A DNA stretch of 63,896 bases, filler included, from Octopus bimaculoides (GCF_001194135.2; 7 parts of 7 records of this genome joined end to end with filler, not necessarily neighbours in it), one strand, 5' to 3'; positions 27,201 through 40,344 are shown, numbered from the whole stretch's first letter. A program made the numbers and translations. Notes: generated by a model not told the origin, from the letters alone.

Positions 27201-27598
27201 TTACTGCAATAGAAAATGATACATCTTACATATGATTCATTTAGTCAGTTCATAAAATCCACTTCACATTTTACTCTCTCCTTTTACTTTGGGGGCAAAA
27301 GCCAGGTTTCTCTATTATTTTTAGATTAAGAGAAAAACCCTTTCAAGCCAATGTGGAAAGAGTAAAATACAAAATGGACTTTATAGTTTCAATGTAAAAT
27401 TAGGACTTTATAATTTCAGTGTAATGTCATAGTTTAAGAATAACCTTCACTGAATCTTATACATTGGTTTTTAAGTGATATTGATACAGTGCTCTACTTC
27501 TGGATTTTTTATATCATTATACCGTGGAATATTCTTCAGATACTATTTTAAAAAAAGATTTTAAAAAAAGATTTTAAAAAAGTAGTTAAAATAGTTAC

Positions 27599-27693
27599 GA
27601 AAATCAATGATGGTTCCAATAATGATTACTGATACAATTCCAATGACTCCAATTAGTGTGTAAGACAAGGAATAGAATTTGTCAAGACCATGA
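27599..27693 (-). CDS. SLC5-like symporter exon D (95 nt, phase 2 in, phase 1 out): HGLDKFYSLSYTLIGVIGIVSVIIIGTIIDF
   Basis: Acceptor gtttctcttttcag and donor GTAACT. FYSLSY followed by a hydrophobic helix matches the last TM of SLC5A6/8/12; phases match exons C and E. Confidence 0.88.
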
Positions 27694-29174
27694 CTGAAAA
27701 GAGAAACAAAATATTGAATGTCAATATACTTCAATACAATGTAGTGTCTCTAACAATAAAAGCTAGGTTTTTAGTTAAGAAATTTACAAGTTGAAAAAAT
27801 GAAATAAAATTCTTAAATTCATTTGATAATAGTGATTTTTGAAAACAATTTAACTGCAGAAATTATAACTATGCTTTCTTCTTCCTTCTTTTCAATATTT
27901 CTGCTTACCAAATGTTAGTATATATATTTTTTATATCCATTTTTCTATTTTTACATCAGTGAGGAGAGCTGTGTTCATCACTCAATGGCCCTACTATTAG
28001 GAAAAACTATTAACCATGTTGTGGTCAGTAGTTTTGCACCTAAGCCTGTACCTGAGTTATAGGCTTAAGTTTGTGTTTTACACTGAAATTCTTTTCAGCG
28101 AGTAAACAGTTGTGTTTATCATAGTCATTTAATTTTTCCAATCTAGCAAGAACTTAGACACTCTTTAGCAGTTAAGCAACGTTTTGGTATTGTCAGTTTA
28201 TCAGTAATACATTTTAGGCCAAGAGAAAGGAATTCTAACTTTTAATTTTGCTTGATTACATTTTTAAATAAGTTATAAATGTAAATGAATTGTCCATTAA
28301 TTTCAATGATGAGCATTACAGCTGTTTGATCAACTGAAAAACCTATTCTGTATGAGAGTATATATACTAAACTGCTATTCAGGAGAGGAGCACATACACA
28401 CACACATGCACACATGCACGCGTGTGCACATGCACACACACACACACACACACACACAGATACATACATATATACATACATACATAACAGAGTTATTAGT
28501 GAGGGATTATGAACCTGGGCAAAATTCTTTATAAGCTCTTTGTTAATACACAAGGCTAACAGTGTTGTTTAGATTAGTAAAGAACTCTGTGTATTATGGG
28601 TGTGTTCCAGTTAAACTGATTTTTACACAGGGTAATATACAAGACAACGTATAAATAAGGACCATTATTTAAGCCTTGTCTTATGTGTGTATATATACAT
28701 ATATACAGCTGTCTAAGAATCTATAAGTCAGAAAATATATGCACCCATGTATTTGTCAATAGAGTGGGTATATTAATCAAAGTGTACATTATTATATACC
28801 CATTATGGCCGAGCATAGAAAAACATGCATAAAAACAATTGAACGAATTTATTCCATCTATGTTGTGTTTAATCCATATTTGCCTGTTCAACATTGAGAA
28901 GAATATCCATATTTCAGATTACATGGCTGTTTTTTCTGTTCAATTTAGATTTGTTATACATGGACATGATCAGCTTTTCTTAGCTGATGTACATAGACAT
29001 ATTTGGTTAATGATGATTGTAAATATTCCAGGAAAACATCTAGACTAAACAGAGTCACAATTGACACAGCTGTTGTTAGCCCAATGCCAACCCTGATCAA
29101 ACCAAGGAGGAAATGCATTCAAGCTAAAATCATCTTATTTTCAAGAATTATATTATTCAATGTTGTTGTTAGCA

Positions 29175-29844
29175 GCAAGAAAGCAACAGGTAAATGGCCT
29201 TGCTCAATATGTAGGAAAGAAGCAGTATGCTCCACTGGATGCACAGCATCAAAGTACATGAACGACAAAATGCAAATGTGTTGAGAGAAAAGAGGAATCA
29301 ATGTTGGTTTGGACATGTGATTGAAGACAGTTGTATAAAGAAGTGCCCATCACTGGAAGTGGATGGCACCTGTAGAAGAGGGAGATCCAGGAAGACATAA
29401 GATGTTGTGGTGAGGACTGATCCCAGAATGTTGGGACTCACAGAGGAAATGACATTGGACTGAGATGTCTGGCAATATGAGGTTCTAGAGAAGACTTGCC
29501 TAAGTCAGGGTACCTGAGTTCTAGAAGCATTGTGTTCCACCCACACATAACAATAATATTTTCACACACCCTACCCCAACAAACCAAACTACTTCTCTCT
29601 CAAACTGCATCTCTTCCCTTCCTCAGATTTCCTCTTCATACACTATGATTATCTTCCACTCCCTAATCCAGTCTTTGCTACTCAGCTTCTCCGCACCCCA
29701 CCCTACCTCCTCTATATAGCCAGCACACCTATTTCTGTCTTCATTCTTGATCACTCTCTCTCCCTCCCTCCATCTCTTGCTTCTACCTAGGTAACCATGT
29801 ATCTCCTTTACAGCAGCACACCTGTTCCTGCCCTCTTTCTTGTT

Positions 29845-29913
<69 letters not shown>

Positions 29914-30080
29914 TCTTCTTCTCTTCCTCTCTCTCTCTCTGGCTGGGTAACCATGTACCTCCTCTACAGCAAGACACTTGTTTCTGTCTCTCTAACTCTC
30001 TATCACACTCAAACCTTTCATCTGACACAAGATCACCTCCTCCAATACTCCCTCCCCTCTCAAAGATTCATTGTCTTGCA
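29175..30080 (+). mobile_element. RTE-type LINE 3' remnant with a pyrimidine-rich tail and (CT)n
   Basis: GKWPCSICRK finger motif and RGRSRKT*D 3' motif; homologous to 32160-32890. Confidence 0.6.
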
Positions 30081-30089
30081 AAGTTACTG

Positions 30090-30378
30090 GGTGATCCTGC
30101 CAGTGCTGGTGTCACATAAAAAGCATCTACTCCACACTGTAATATGGTTGGCATTTGGAAGGGCATCCAGCTGTAAAAATCATACCAAAACTGACCTTGC
30201 CTGTACTAGTGCCACATAAAAAGCACTCGGTCCACTCTGTGAGGTGGTTGGTGTTAGGAAGGACATCCACCTGTAAAAACTGTACCAAAATAGGCACAGA
30301 AGTATGGTGCAGGCTTCTGCCCTGCCAGTTCCTGTCAAATCATCCAACCCACGCCAACATGGAAGGAGGACGTTATGC

Positions 30379-30428
<50 letters not shown>
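30090..30428 (+). mobile_element. SINE/LINE-tail element with a tandem ~115-bp unit, ending in (GAT)n
   Basis: The unit gtgccacataaaaagcac...ggaagggcatccagctgtaaaaa is duplicated. The 3' end ccaacccacgccaacatggaaggaggacgtta+(GAT)n also occurs in reverse at about 3360-3390. Confidence 0.65.
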
Positions 30429-30429
<1 letters not shown>

Positions 30430-30971
30430 ATAGTGCATTAGAGGCTAAGTATTCCACTGATACACATAACCTTAACATAATTCTTAAGTAGATTTACAAG
30501 TACAGGGCTGACAAGCTCCACAAAGTTTCAGGATAAAAATGAATAATATCCATGTTAGTGTAAATAACTTCCAATTTTGTACAGTAGTTAGGTTTAGCAG
30601 AACAAACTGGATAAATAGAATTCAATACATGTGTATATATACATATTTTATTATTTTCATAGGCAGAAACTTTTAGCCTTTGTGTCACTTTGTAATTTCT
30701 GCTGATTAAGATAGTAAGATATTTACATTAATGTGAATATTCTTTTTTACATTTTTAATGTACCTTCTAACCAGAACATGTAACTAAAGCTTTCTTGTCA
30801 ACAAATTTGAAATTACAAGCTAAAAATCTGAAAGTACATCCTTTATATTATGATATCTTGTATGTTTATATATGAAGGAAAATTGAGGAAATTAAAGCAT
30901 AATAGATCTTAAAAGATTTCTTATTACTATGTCAATCATAAGAAATAATCATTTAAAAGACAAATATTTAC

Positions 30972-31186
30972 ATTTCTTGTGGATTTGTAGAAAGAATTGT
31001 CTTTTCTGTATTGATGAATAATTCTGTTTCATTCTGAACAGAAACAAATGTTGTATTTGGTAAAAAGCACTTGTCAATTGGTGCTGGAGGTAAAAAGGGT
31101 GTTATCAGTCGAGTTGGAGAAAAACTAGCTCCAGCAGCCATCCATAACGATATGATAGTACTTAAACCTGCTCCTATTAATGTTCC
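30972..31186 (-). CDS. SLC5-like symporter exon C (215 nt, phase 0 in, phase 2 out): GTLIGAGLSTIISLWMAAGASFSPTRLITPFLPPAPIDKCFLPNTTFVSVQNETELFINTEKTILSTNPQE
   Basis: Acceptor ttttttttgcag and donor GTAAAT. G..G.....SLW...GA...P..LP.....C followed by a loop with N-glycosylation sequons (NTT, NET) is characteristic of SMCT/SMVT-like SLC5. Confidence 0.9.
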
Positions 31187-31669
31187 CTGCAAAAAAAATT
31201 TATATTCTTATTACATGATTTCTTAATTTATAAAAAAAATTTTGTTCATCTGGTTTAGGTTTAAAAACTGACTAAAACATTTAAATTCTTTCATCTGTTA
31301 GCAACAATTTATTACAGGCAAAAATCGTCTTTCAATCATTTGAATTTGCCACTTTCCACTTTAACAATTTTAATACCAACTTACCTGAGACCACCCCTGG
31401 TTTTGTATGAACTATCTGGTCTAAAGCAAATTAAGTGAAAACCTTCCATCGAAATTTCATGTTGATTTATGTTCTAAACACCAGCTTAATAATGACCAAG
31501 TTATTTACTAAATTCCTCGATATTTTCAAAATTAACTAAAACAAAGGCAGTGTATTTCTACAGAAATAGGATTAACCTCATCCTGCAAAAGGATTAACCT
31601 CATTCTGCAGAATAAACATAGGACAAATATTCTATGAAGGATGGTCATAATTTATTTAATTAACCTAAA

Positions 31670-31819
31670 TATATATAGATGCAAGAGTGTGGTAAGACGT
31701 TTGCTTCTCAACCACGAGGTTCCAGGTTCAGTTCTATTGAGGCACTTTGGGCAAGTGTCTTCTACTATAGCCTCAGGCTGTCCAAAGCTTTGTGAGGGGA
31801 TTTGGTAGACAGAAACTGA

Positions 31820-31822
<3 letters not shown>
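31670..31822 (+). mobile_element. tRNA-derived SINE head, CpG-decayed
   Basis: Matches the head of copies 1-3; followed by (TG)n. Confidence 0.8.
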
Positions 31823-31863
<41 letters not shown>

Positions 31864-31954
31864 GCGTGTGCATGCGTGCGTGCACGCGTGTGTGTAGCAT
31901 TTTTTTGATGCTCTAATGATTTTAACAATCTGCCACACTAACCCAAAAAGGAAA

Positions 31955-32890
31955 TAATGAAAGACAGTAATGGTTTCTCAAAGAACCTAAGACTGGAAAT
32001 CCCATGGGAACTACTATATGTTGATGATCTTTCCCTGGGCAGAATCTGTAACAGAACTAGAAAAGAAATTCCAGGTGTGGAAACAAAACCTGGAATCAAA
32101 AGGTCTTTAATTTAACTTAGCAAAAGCCAAAATCCTAGTAAGCAAGAAACTGGACAAGACCCTATCTGCTTCAGGTAAATGGCCCTATCTAGTATGTAGG
32201 TAAGGTGTAGGCTGGAATTTCATATGGTGTAACCAGTGCAATCTCTGGACACACAAGCGGTTCAGTAGGAAAACTAACAGAGAAAGTAGTGATTGTTTGC
32301 GGAAGATGTACAGGAGCCTTAAAGACTAGAAATACAAGGAAAATTGATTCCCTCAAATTTCCCAGAGGCTCTTTAGATTTATTGAATAATTTTTGCTACC
32401 TAGGGGAGCAAATTAATAGTTGAGAAGGATGTACAGAAAGTAATAGCTACAATAAGAATAGGATGGAGAGAGTTCTGAGAGATTTTACCTCTGTTGGCAA
32501 CCAAAGGTCTCTCTCTCTCTGAGTGATAGGAAGATTGTATGATGCATATGTACGAACTGCAAGGCTACATGATAGTGAGATATGGACAGAGGACATTCAG
32601 AGGACATACAAAGAATGGAGAATGCAGAGGACATGCAAAAGATAGAGAGGAATGAAGTTTGTATGCTCTGCTGGATGTGCAATGTCAGTGTACATGTGCA
32701 ACAGAGCAGTAGTGTATTAAAAGAAAAATTAAGTATAAGAGAAATTATATGCAGTATGCAAGAGAGAAGACTGTACTAGTTTGGTCATGCAATGCATATG
32801 AATAAGGACAGTTGCATAAGGAAGTACCAATCACTTAAAGTGGAAGGAAGTCTTGGAAGAGGGAGACCCAGGAAAACATAGGACAAAGCC
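31955..32890 (+). mobile_element. RTE-type LINE: RT C-terminus to 3' end, decayed
   Basis: TGNPWELLYVDDL (YxDD), ELEKKFQVWKQNLESKGL, GKWP..C, FCYLG, GRLYDAYVR, RGRPRKT. Confidence 0.8.
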
Positions 32891-32894
32891 AAGT

Positions 32895-33420
32895 AGCAGT
32901 GAAGCACTGGGGTTAATGAAACTGACCAGCCCCTTCCCATAAAATCGCCAACCTTTCTCGACAAAATCACTAGACCCATGCTCAAATTAGAAACCATCAG
33001 TGCTGCTATAAAAAGCTAGAAATTTCCTGGACAACATTCCATCAGAAATCTTGAAGGAGGACTGATACTTTTACATGAGTGCTTCATTGTTATATCACAG
33101 AACCAAGAGTACATTAGAAGGCTGCTAAATCTTCAGTAACTACAAAAAGAAGGGAGGAAAATCTGTTTCTTCCAGCTGTAAGGGTGTAGTGCCCTATTCT
33201 GTTAGGGGGAAGGTTCTATCCAAGATCAAATTCAAAAGACTGGTCTGATCAATATCAGAAAACATCACAGCAGAATTACAGTACAGCTTCTGCAGGGACC
33301 AAGGTATAGCAAACATGATTTTCATTACAGAACAGTTTTAGGGAAAATAGAGGAAACAACATTAAGACCAGTTCATTATATTTGTAGAGTACACTCTAGA
33401 ACCCAGTAGCTGTTACAGCT
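32895..33420 (+). mobile_element. Second RTE (BovB-like) RT N-terminal fragment
   Basis: Broken motifs resemble GK.LSKI and Q.GF..DRG..DMIF. Confidence 0.4.
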
Positions 33421-33799
33421 ATGAAAGAATGGTACTAACTCTTAACATTTAGAAAAATGAGTTGGTTTTATTTTTCAATGGCACACAGTTCCTATCTTCC
33501 TTTCCACTTTTTCAATACAACAGCAACAACTGGCCAAACCTGCCTGACTTTGATACTAAGGCAGTTTTATTTTCAGCTATTACAGATTCTACATCAATAG
33601 ATTCTAAACCATTGGAGATAGGCCACAGTGTCCTTTGGAAGGCTCAGAAAAAATGTCTTTTTAAACAAATATTTCAACCTTAAAATTAATGCTATCCTCT
33701 ACTGTGCAGTCTATATTTTCACTTTCCTAACATATTAGCCTGGAGGTCTTTAACATTCAGTGTCTTCAGAAGGTCCTTTCAGAATTTAATCTACACTGT

Positions 33800-35700
33800 A
33801 CAAGTATCAACGAACAGAGCTCAGACATAAATAGCAGATATCTGACTCTCAGTTACTTTGTAGACATGAGTCAGACATCTGCTATTTACAGCCAGCTTAA
33901 CTGGAGGATCAAAGAAGTGGTTGAAAGATCAGCTGAAGATCCCTTTGAAGAGAATCAACTTCACCTCTTCGAGAATGGGAAACATTACTATCTGCCATTC
34001 ATTTCAGTGATCTCGCTATCTTTTGGTGTTTGAGGGTAATTGAAGATGGGAAGAAAGTCACCCAGTCATATCAAGTGATCTGAAAAAAAGAGGTATGTAT
34101 GCAAAGTTACACCTGACTTTTCCAACCATCTATGACTGTGCTTGAACATCAAGAAATGGGGTGTGCAATCGTCAAAAGATCTTTAGATGAAGATCCATAA
34201 GCAAGCACCATCTTATAGATGTGAGCAGCATACTAATGTGAATCTTACTAGAAGTGTGTTAGGAGTTAACAATTGGTCAGGGCTGAATTAATTCTTGGCA
34301 CTAAAGAGGAATCTTAGTCTTCATGATGCAATTGTGAGGACATTACACATGTGGAACTGGCATGTGGCACCATGGGAGATTATGGGGTTTTAACATTTCG
34401 GGTTTAAATTATTTAATATGTTCAATAGTTTGGTCTGTAATGTTCAATAGTTTGTATGAAGAGGCTCATGGCCTTTGTAGCTCTCTAGGACCAATAAGAT
34501 TTGATGTTCTTCATGAACAACTGCAAGCTGAAAGCTGCAAGAAAAAAAAACATGGATAGGGAGATAATTCTAGAAAACAGATGTCCTGAAGAGGAAAGAC
34601 TTTGTAAAGCAATTTAGTGTGAGATGGGTGGTGGTTGGGGAAAACACCATCTAGGTGATGAGAGGAGAGACAAGTAAGTTGAGTGTGCCTGGGAGGAGGT
34701 GACCTGAGAACAACTATCTCCCAGAAGCAGACTTACGTGTACTTGTATCAGAATGAGTTGAGCCAGCCCCAACCTTTGAGTCCACAACAAAAGTCTCTGG
34801 AATAATTGAAGAAGAGGCTGTGTAAGGAGATAGTATGTCTGCTGACTAGGCTAGAGTGTTAAGTGTGTTGCTTAGCAATTTCATACCAAAAGATGACCCC
34901 TTTTTTGAATGAAGCCAAGGATGTCTATCAGCATAGTAACAACACTGTTCCAGAGGTGGGAGCAGTATTTTGTTGTGGGTTGCAATTAGGTTTTGTATAG
35001 GGTTAGTAACTGTTGAGAGCTGAAATATTTTCTAATCCTGAAGACACTGCACTTTGTGACAGTCATTGTTATGGTGATATGTGAGATCACCAGATCTCAT
35101 CAGTTGTAGAAATGTTGACACTCTTGTTGAGTGTTATTTATGTTTAGAGAAGAATAGATTATATTTTTAGGAGACTGGAGATTTTGGCAAGGATAAAGAT
35201 TAACTCTAGAGCACATTGTTTGAGTAATATTGCAAAAATTAGTAAACTTATTGATTTGATGAATCAGATGGTAACTTGAGACAGAGATGAAATATCTTCT
35301 ATGTAAGAAGAGATATTAGTGATGAATTGCTGGTGGAGAGAAGCTGACATAAGAAGTAGATGCATTTAGATGAGAGGAAAAGAGAGACTTTGAGTCAAAG
35401 TAACTGGAAGTCCTTGTTACAATATTCAAATGAGAACAGTAAGCAACAGGAAGTGTGAAATCTACATATGTACAGATATCACTTCTGGGAGTAAAAATTG
35501 AATACATAGTGTAGTTTGGATAGAGTATCTGGGATGTTAATAAAAGCTGAAAGATATGTGTCTTGGAGATATATAGGATATGTGGCTTATATTTTTATCT
35601 GAATGGGAAGTGTGAGGTTGAAATTCAGTTGGAGCTGGTGAGTATTTGAGAAGCGTTATTTTTTGGATGAGACATTCAGGTAAAAATACTGAATGTTGAT
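33800..35700 (-). mobile_element. Heavily decayed CR1-like LINE (endonuclease and RT remnants)
   Basis: Only scattered motif-like pieces are visible on the minus strand; the limits are approximate. Confidence 0.35.
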
Positions 35701-36964
35701 GTGCTAAAGAAGTTGAAAGAGAGAGTGAGAGAATTAGAAAAATAGTCTAAGAATATACAAAGGGAATGTATGTCACATATTGTCCTACTTCCAGGATTTT
35801 TTTTCAGTTAAAGTAGATAATATATTTCTATTACATTTATATTAAATAGAAAATTGATTAGTTTTCATCTTCAAATGTATTATTTTTGTAGGGGGTGCAA
35901 AAAGTAATCCAATATTTCCTCAGAGTGCAGGGCATAGAAAAGGTTTAGTAACTAATGATCTAAAGAGCTGAGATAAAAAAAAAAAAAAACAAATTCAGTC
36001 TCATGAGATCTAAGCCAAGAATATAGTTTATTTAAAATATACTCTACAAAAGACCTTCTATGGTGATAGATACATGAAATAGCTCCATTTTTACTGAATT
36101 CTTTTTATTTCCCTATATAAATAAATAAACTCTCACTCTCTCAGTTCCTCTTTCCACCTCTGACCTTGTATTTTATAAAGTTAATATAGTTTGTCTTGAG
36201 AAAGGGAAGACTTCACATCCCATCCCAGAGCAATTTCTATTTAATCCACTGGACAGTCCCTACCAAACACAAAACACAAACTTATCTTTCTAACTGAAGG
36301 AAAGCAAGGAAAACAAGGACTTCTTACACACTAACACCAGATAACCACTTGGTCACTCCGCCTGCTACAAACAGTGACCAAATTTCCCTCAAACCACACC
36401 CCTGTTTTTAAAAATAATACACACAGGATAATGTAGCCTAGATACCATTAAATGACAAGATCAAAACTGAAACATTTTTGATCTTTGCACTGATTTGGGA
36501 CTTAACAATAAATACATGCAATTGATTAAATTGGTCCCAGTCATCCCAAATTTAGCTTGAGAAGTCATTAAGGAAAATTATTAATTTCATTATTGTTCCA
36601 GCAGGATCATGGGCGAAATAAGTGAAAATGACTAGGGAAATGGAATATAAACATAAGCAAGCTATTTATAAGAAAATTATGATTTCACTTGATTTCAGTG
36701 AAGAATTTACTATACAAGTGAATATTCATTACAAATATATCCTACATCTCTTTCTCAAGTTTCAGAAGTTTCCATCAAGTTTTTTTTAACTTAAATCATC
36801 TCAGAGTAGAAACTGTTGAATTGCAGAAAATGTATGAAACCTGAAATTACAGTGCCAAATCCAAAGGCCCTAATATCACCAGAAGAAAGAGTTGTTTTAA
36901 CAAAGCACAAAATACCATTTCAGAAGAGAATTTGATTGATATTTAGAAGTGTTGCTTAGAATGT

Positions 36965-37180
36965 TATATTGATTTCAAATTTTGGTACATGGCCAACAAG
37001 TTCAGAGAAGGGAGTAAGTCAATTATATCGCCCCTGGTGCTCAAATGGTCCTTATTTTACTGACCCTGAAAGGATGAAAGGCAAAGTCTACCTCATCAGA
37101 GTTTGAACTCAGAACATAAAGATGGACAAAATGCCACTAAGCTTTTACCCAGCATATTAATGATTCTGTGTTTGCCACCT
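36965..37180 (-). mobile_element. SINE (GGCGGTGAGCTGGCAG-head family), left member of an inverted pair
   Basis: Reverse-complement match to 37211-37429, 48650-48842 and 60603-60780. Confidence 0.75.
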
Positions 37181-37210
37181 TATTTAGAAGTTAATATTAG
37201 TAAGTTTAGT

Positions 37211-37429
37211 AGGGTGGTGAGCTGGCAGAATTGTTAGCATGCTGAGCAAAATGCTTAGTGGTATTTTGTCTATCTTTTTGCTCTGAGTTCAAATTCTATC
37301 AAGGTCAACTTTGCATTTCATCTTTGTTAGGTTGATAAAATAAATACCAGATGAGTATTGGGGTTGATGTAATTGATTTACCTCATCCCATAAAATTGCT
37401 GGCCTTGTGCCAAAATTTGAAATCAATAT
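37211..37429 (+). mobile_element. SINE (same family), right member of the inverted pair
   Basis: A-box-like tggcagaattgttagc and B-box-like gagttcaaattc. Confidence 0.75.
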
Positions 37430-37687
37430 TAATACATTTAACATTCAATGAAATTCTCTAAAAATTCTGTTGAATTTAGTAGAAAATGTAAATTTTTAGT
37501 TAGCATTAACTATTTTTATATCTATAAAAGAAAAGAATACAAAAAGTGGTTGATTAGGAATAGTGGTTAATTAGAAATAACTAAAATGATTGCTTACATT
37601 ACATTAGTATTCTAACATTTCAAACATCACTAAACATTTAGCTATATTGTATTTTAAACAGTTTTATGCATATTTTTATTATCTTAC

Positions 37688-37774
37688 CCGAGATTTTGCC
37701 CATGGAAATAGTGTTGCATAGAACTGGAGTCCTGTCAAGGGCGCGCTAAAAACTGTTATCAAAATCCCAGCTAT
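37688..37774 (-). CDS. SLC5-like symporter exon B (87 nt, phase 0-0): IAGILITVFSAPLTGLQFYATLFPWAKSR
   Basis: Acceptor ctttttcattcttcag and donor GTAAGA. The P..G.F.....FPWA.S.G motif of SLC5 runs into exon C. Confidence 0.9.
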
Positions 37775-37886
37775 CTGAAGAATGAAAAAGCAGTAGATAA
37801 GCATACAAGTTTAGAAAATTTATACTCTCCATAAATCAACTGCTACTCTATCATTCAAACAAAATGTTGCTGGAAGCTCAATTTAC

Positions 37887-37957
37887 CTGTGTTAGTGATC
37901 CTCCAACATATGACACCATAAAGGCCAAACCAATAGATATTAATCCATAAGCAAAAA
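37887..37957 (-). CDS. SLC5-like symporter exon A (71 nt, phase 1 in, phase 0 out): FAYGLISIGLAFMVSYVGGSLTQ
   Basis: Acceptor ttgattttcag, donor GTAAAT and a 112-nt intron to exon B; matches the SLC5 YG..I..LAF....GG...Q helix. Confidence 0.88.
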
Positions 37958-38539
37958 CTGAAAATCAATTAGCAAAGTATTAGAAATATGCAACTGTGGT
38001 ACAATTAATTCAAGTGAGCTTGCTTGCATGCACAATATCTGATCTGTAGACAATGCAAATGATTTGTGTATGATAACGCAATTACAAACACTAATATTTT
38101 TATGACTATCCCTTCTTCAATTTCAACCATCCTCTGTCCACTCTTCTATTGAATGCCTCTCCTTCTCTATTCTTTCCTCTCTTCTTTTCTTTTCTTCTTT
38201 TCTCTGTAGTCCTTCTTTCCCAAATCATCACTTCCCTTCCCCTTTCCTCTTTATCTCTCTTCCACTTACCTTATATTTATTGCTTCTCTTTGCTCCCCCA
38301 CCTCACGTGCCTGTGCCATTCTTTCAGTGTTCTGCTTGGTTATAACCAGAAAGGACTGATGAAAGTAACATCAATTTTCTAAGTCATTCAATTTTCCTCA
38401 ACTGATTGTGTAAACTTATCTATAACAAACCTATAATGATTACTGGAAACAGCTGTAAATCAAATTTACTACAATAAACAAAAATATGTAATGAACATCA
38501 TTTATTCCTTATCTTGCGTATATATATATATATATAGTT

Positions 38540-38818
38540 TCAAAAAAACACAAAAAAAACAATAACAAAAAAACAACAAAGTGAGGACGTGATACAGATA
38601 GTGTTATTGGACGCTCGGGAAAGGAAAGAGAGAGAGTATGACGTTTCGGGCGGAGCCCTTCGTCGGAAAGACGGAAAGTTCAAAGAATGGAAAAACGGAG
38701 GAAGAGAAAATCGGCACCGATGCCCATGAGGTTACATTGTGGAAGGACCGGAAGAGGAGGTGGTGGAGGAAAAGTTCTTTCTAAGACAGGAGAGTGAAAA
38801 AGGGAGGGGAATATCTGT
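38540..38818 (-). mobile_element. Probable Penelope-like element terminal (pLTR) fragment
   Basis: CpG-rich, with a hammerhead-core-like motif ccgacgaagggctccgcccgaaacgtc on the minus strand; truncated by an N gap. The family call is from recollection. Confidence 0.45.
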
Positions 38819-39441
38819 NNNNNNNNNNNNNNNNNNNNNNNNNNNNNNNNNNNNNNNNNNNNNNNNNNNNNNNNNNNNNNNNNNNNNNNNNNNNNNNNNN
38901 NNNNNNNNNNNNNNNNNNNNNNNNNNNNNNNNNNNNNNNNNNNNNNNNNNNNNNNNNNNNNNNNNNNNNNNNNNNNNNNNNNNNNNNNNNNNNNNNNNNN
39001 NNNNNNNNNNNNNNNNNNNNNNNNNNNNNNNNNNNNNNNNNNNNNNNNNNNNNNNNNNNNNNNNNNNNNNNNNNNNNNNNNNNNNNNNNNNNNNNNNNNN
39101 NNNNNNNNNNNNNNNNNNNNNNNNNNNNNNNNNNNNNNNNNNNNNNNNNNNNNNNNNNNNNNNNNNNNNNNNNNNNNNNNNNNNNNNNNNNNNNNNNNNN
39201 NNNNNNNNNNNNNNNNNNNNNNNNNNNNNNNNNNNNNNNNNNNNNNNNNNNNNNNNNNNNNNNNNNNNNNNNNNNNNNNNNNNNNNNNNNNNNNNNNNNN
39301 NNNNNNNNNNNNNNNNNNNNNNNNNNNNNNNNNNNNNNNNNNNNNNNNNNNNNNNNNNNNNNNNNNNNNNNNNNNNNNNNNNNNNNNNNNNNNNNNNNNN
39401 NNNNNNNNNNNNNNNNNNNNNNNNNNNNNNNNNNNNNNNNN

Positions 39442-40344
39442 CTTCTGTATGTGCGTGTGTTGTTTATGCCCATGTGTGTGTGATTGTATGCGTGTCTGTG
39501 TGAGTGTGTTGTGTTGGTGAGAGGTGTGTGTGCGTGTGTATGTGTATGTGTATGTGGGTGTGTGCGTGTGTGTGTGTATGTGTGTGGATGTGCGTGTGTG
39601 TGTGGGATTGTGATGCGTGTGGGATTGTGATGCGTGTGGGATTGTGAGTGTTAGGTACGTGTGCGTGTGTGTGTATGCGCGTGTGTGTTTATTTGTGTCT
39701 GTATGTGTGTGTCTGTATGCGTGCGTGTATGTGTATATTGTGTATGTTTTCGTGCGTGCGTGTGTGTGTATGTTGTGTATATGTGCGTTCCGGTGTGTGT
39801 GTGTGTGTGTGTAGTTGTATGCGTGTTTATATGTGTATGTGTGTACGTGTATGTGTGTGTTTGTGTATGTAAGAGGTGTGTGTGCGTGTGTATATGTGTA
39901 TGTGTGTGTTTATGTGTGTGTGCGTGTGTATGTGTGTGAGAGCGTAAGGATGTGTGCCAGGTATGTGTGTTATTTTGTGTGTGCACTCCTGCGTGCGTGT
40001 GTGTGTGCATATGTATGCGGCTGTGTATGTACGTGTATGCAGGCTTGCGCGTATATATGGGTGTGTGTGTGTCTGTGTGTGTGTAGGGCTGTGTAAGGTG
40101 TGTGTCTCTACCATTGTGCGTGTGTGTGTGTGTGTATATGTGCGTTCGTCTATATGTATGTGTGAGGGCGCGCATGTATGTTTGTCATGTGTGTGGGCGG
40201 TATATATGTAAGGTGTGTGGGAGGTATGTGTAAATGGGGGTATATATGGGTTATGTGTGCAAGGGTGTGTATGCTTGGGTGTGTGTGTGTGTGTGTTTGT
40301 TAGCGTGTGTGTGTGCGCGCAAGTGTGCGTGTGTATGTGCGTTT
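39442..40344. repeat. Degenerate (TG)n-rich array
   Basis: Direct reading; it is the source of many spurious CV/HT ORFs. Confidence 0.9.

Noticed and set aside
30090-30290. Repeat-spacer-like duplicated unit
   Set aside because: Two copies of a retroelement tail unit in a eukaryotic genome; not a CRISPR array.
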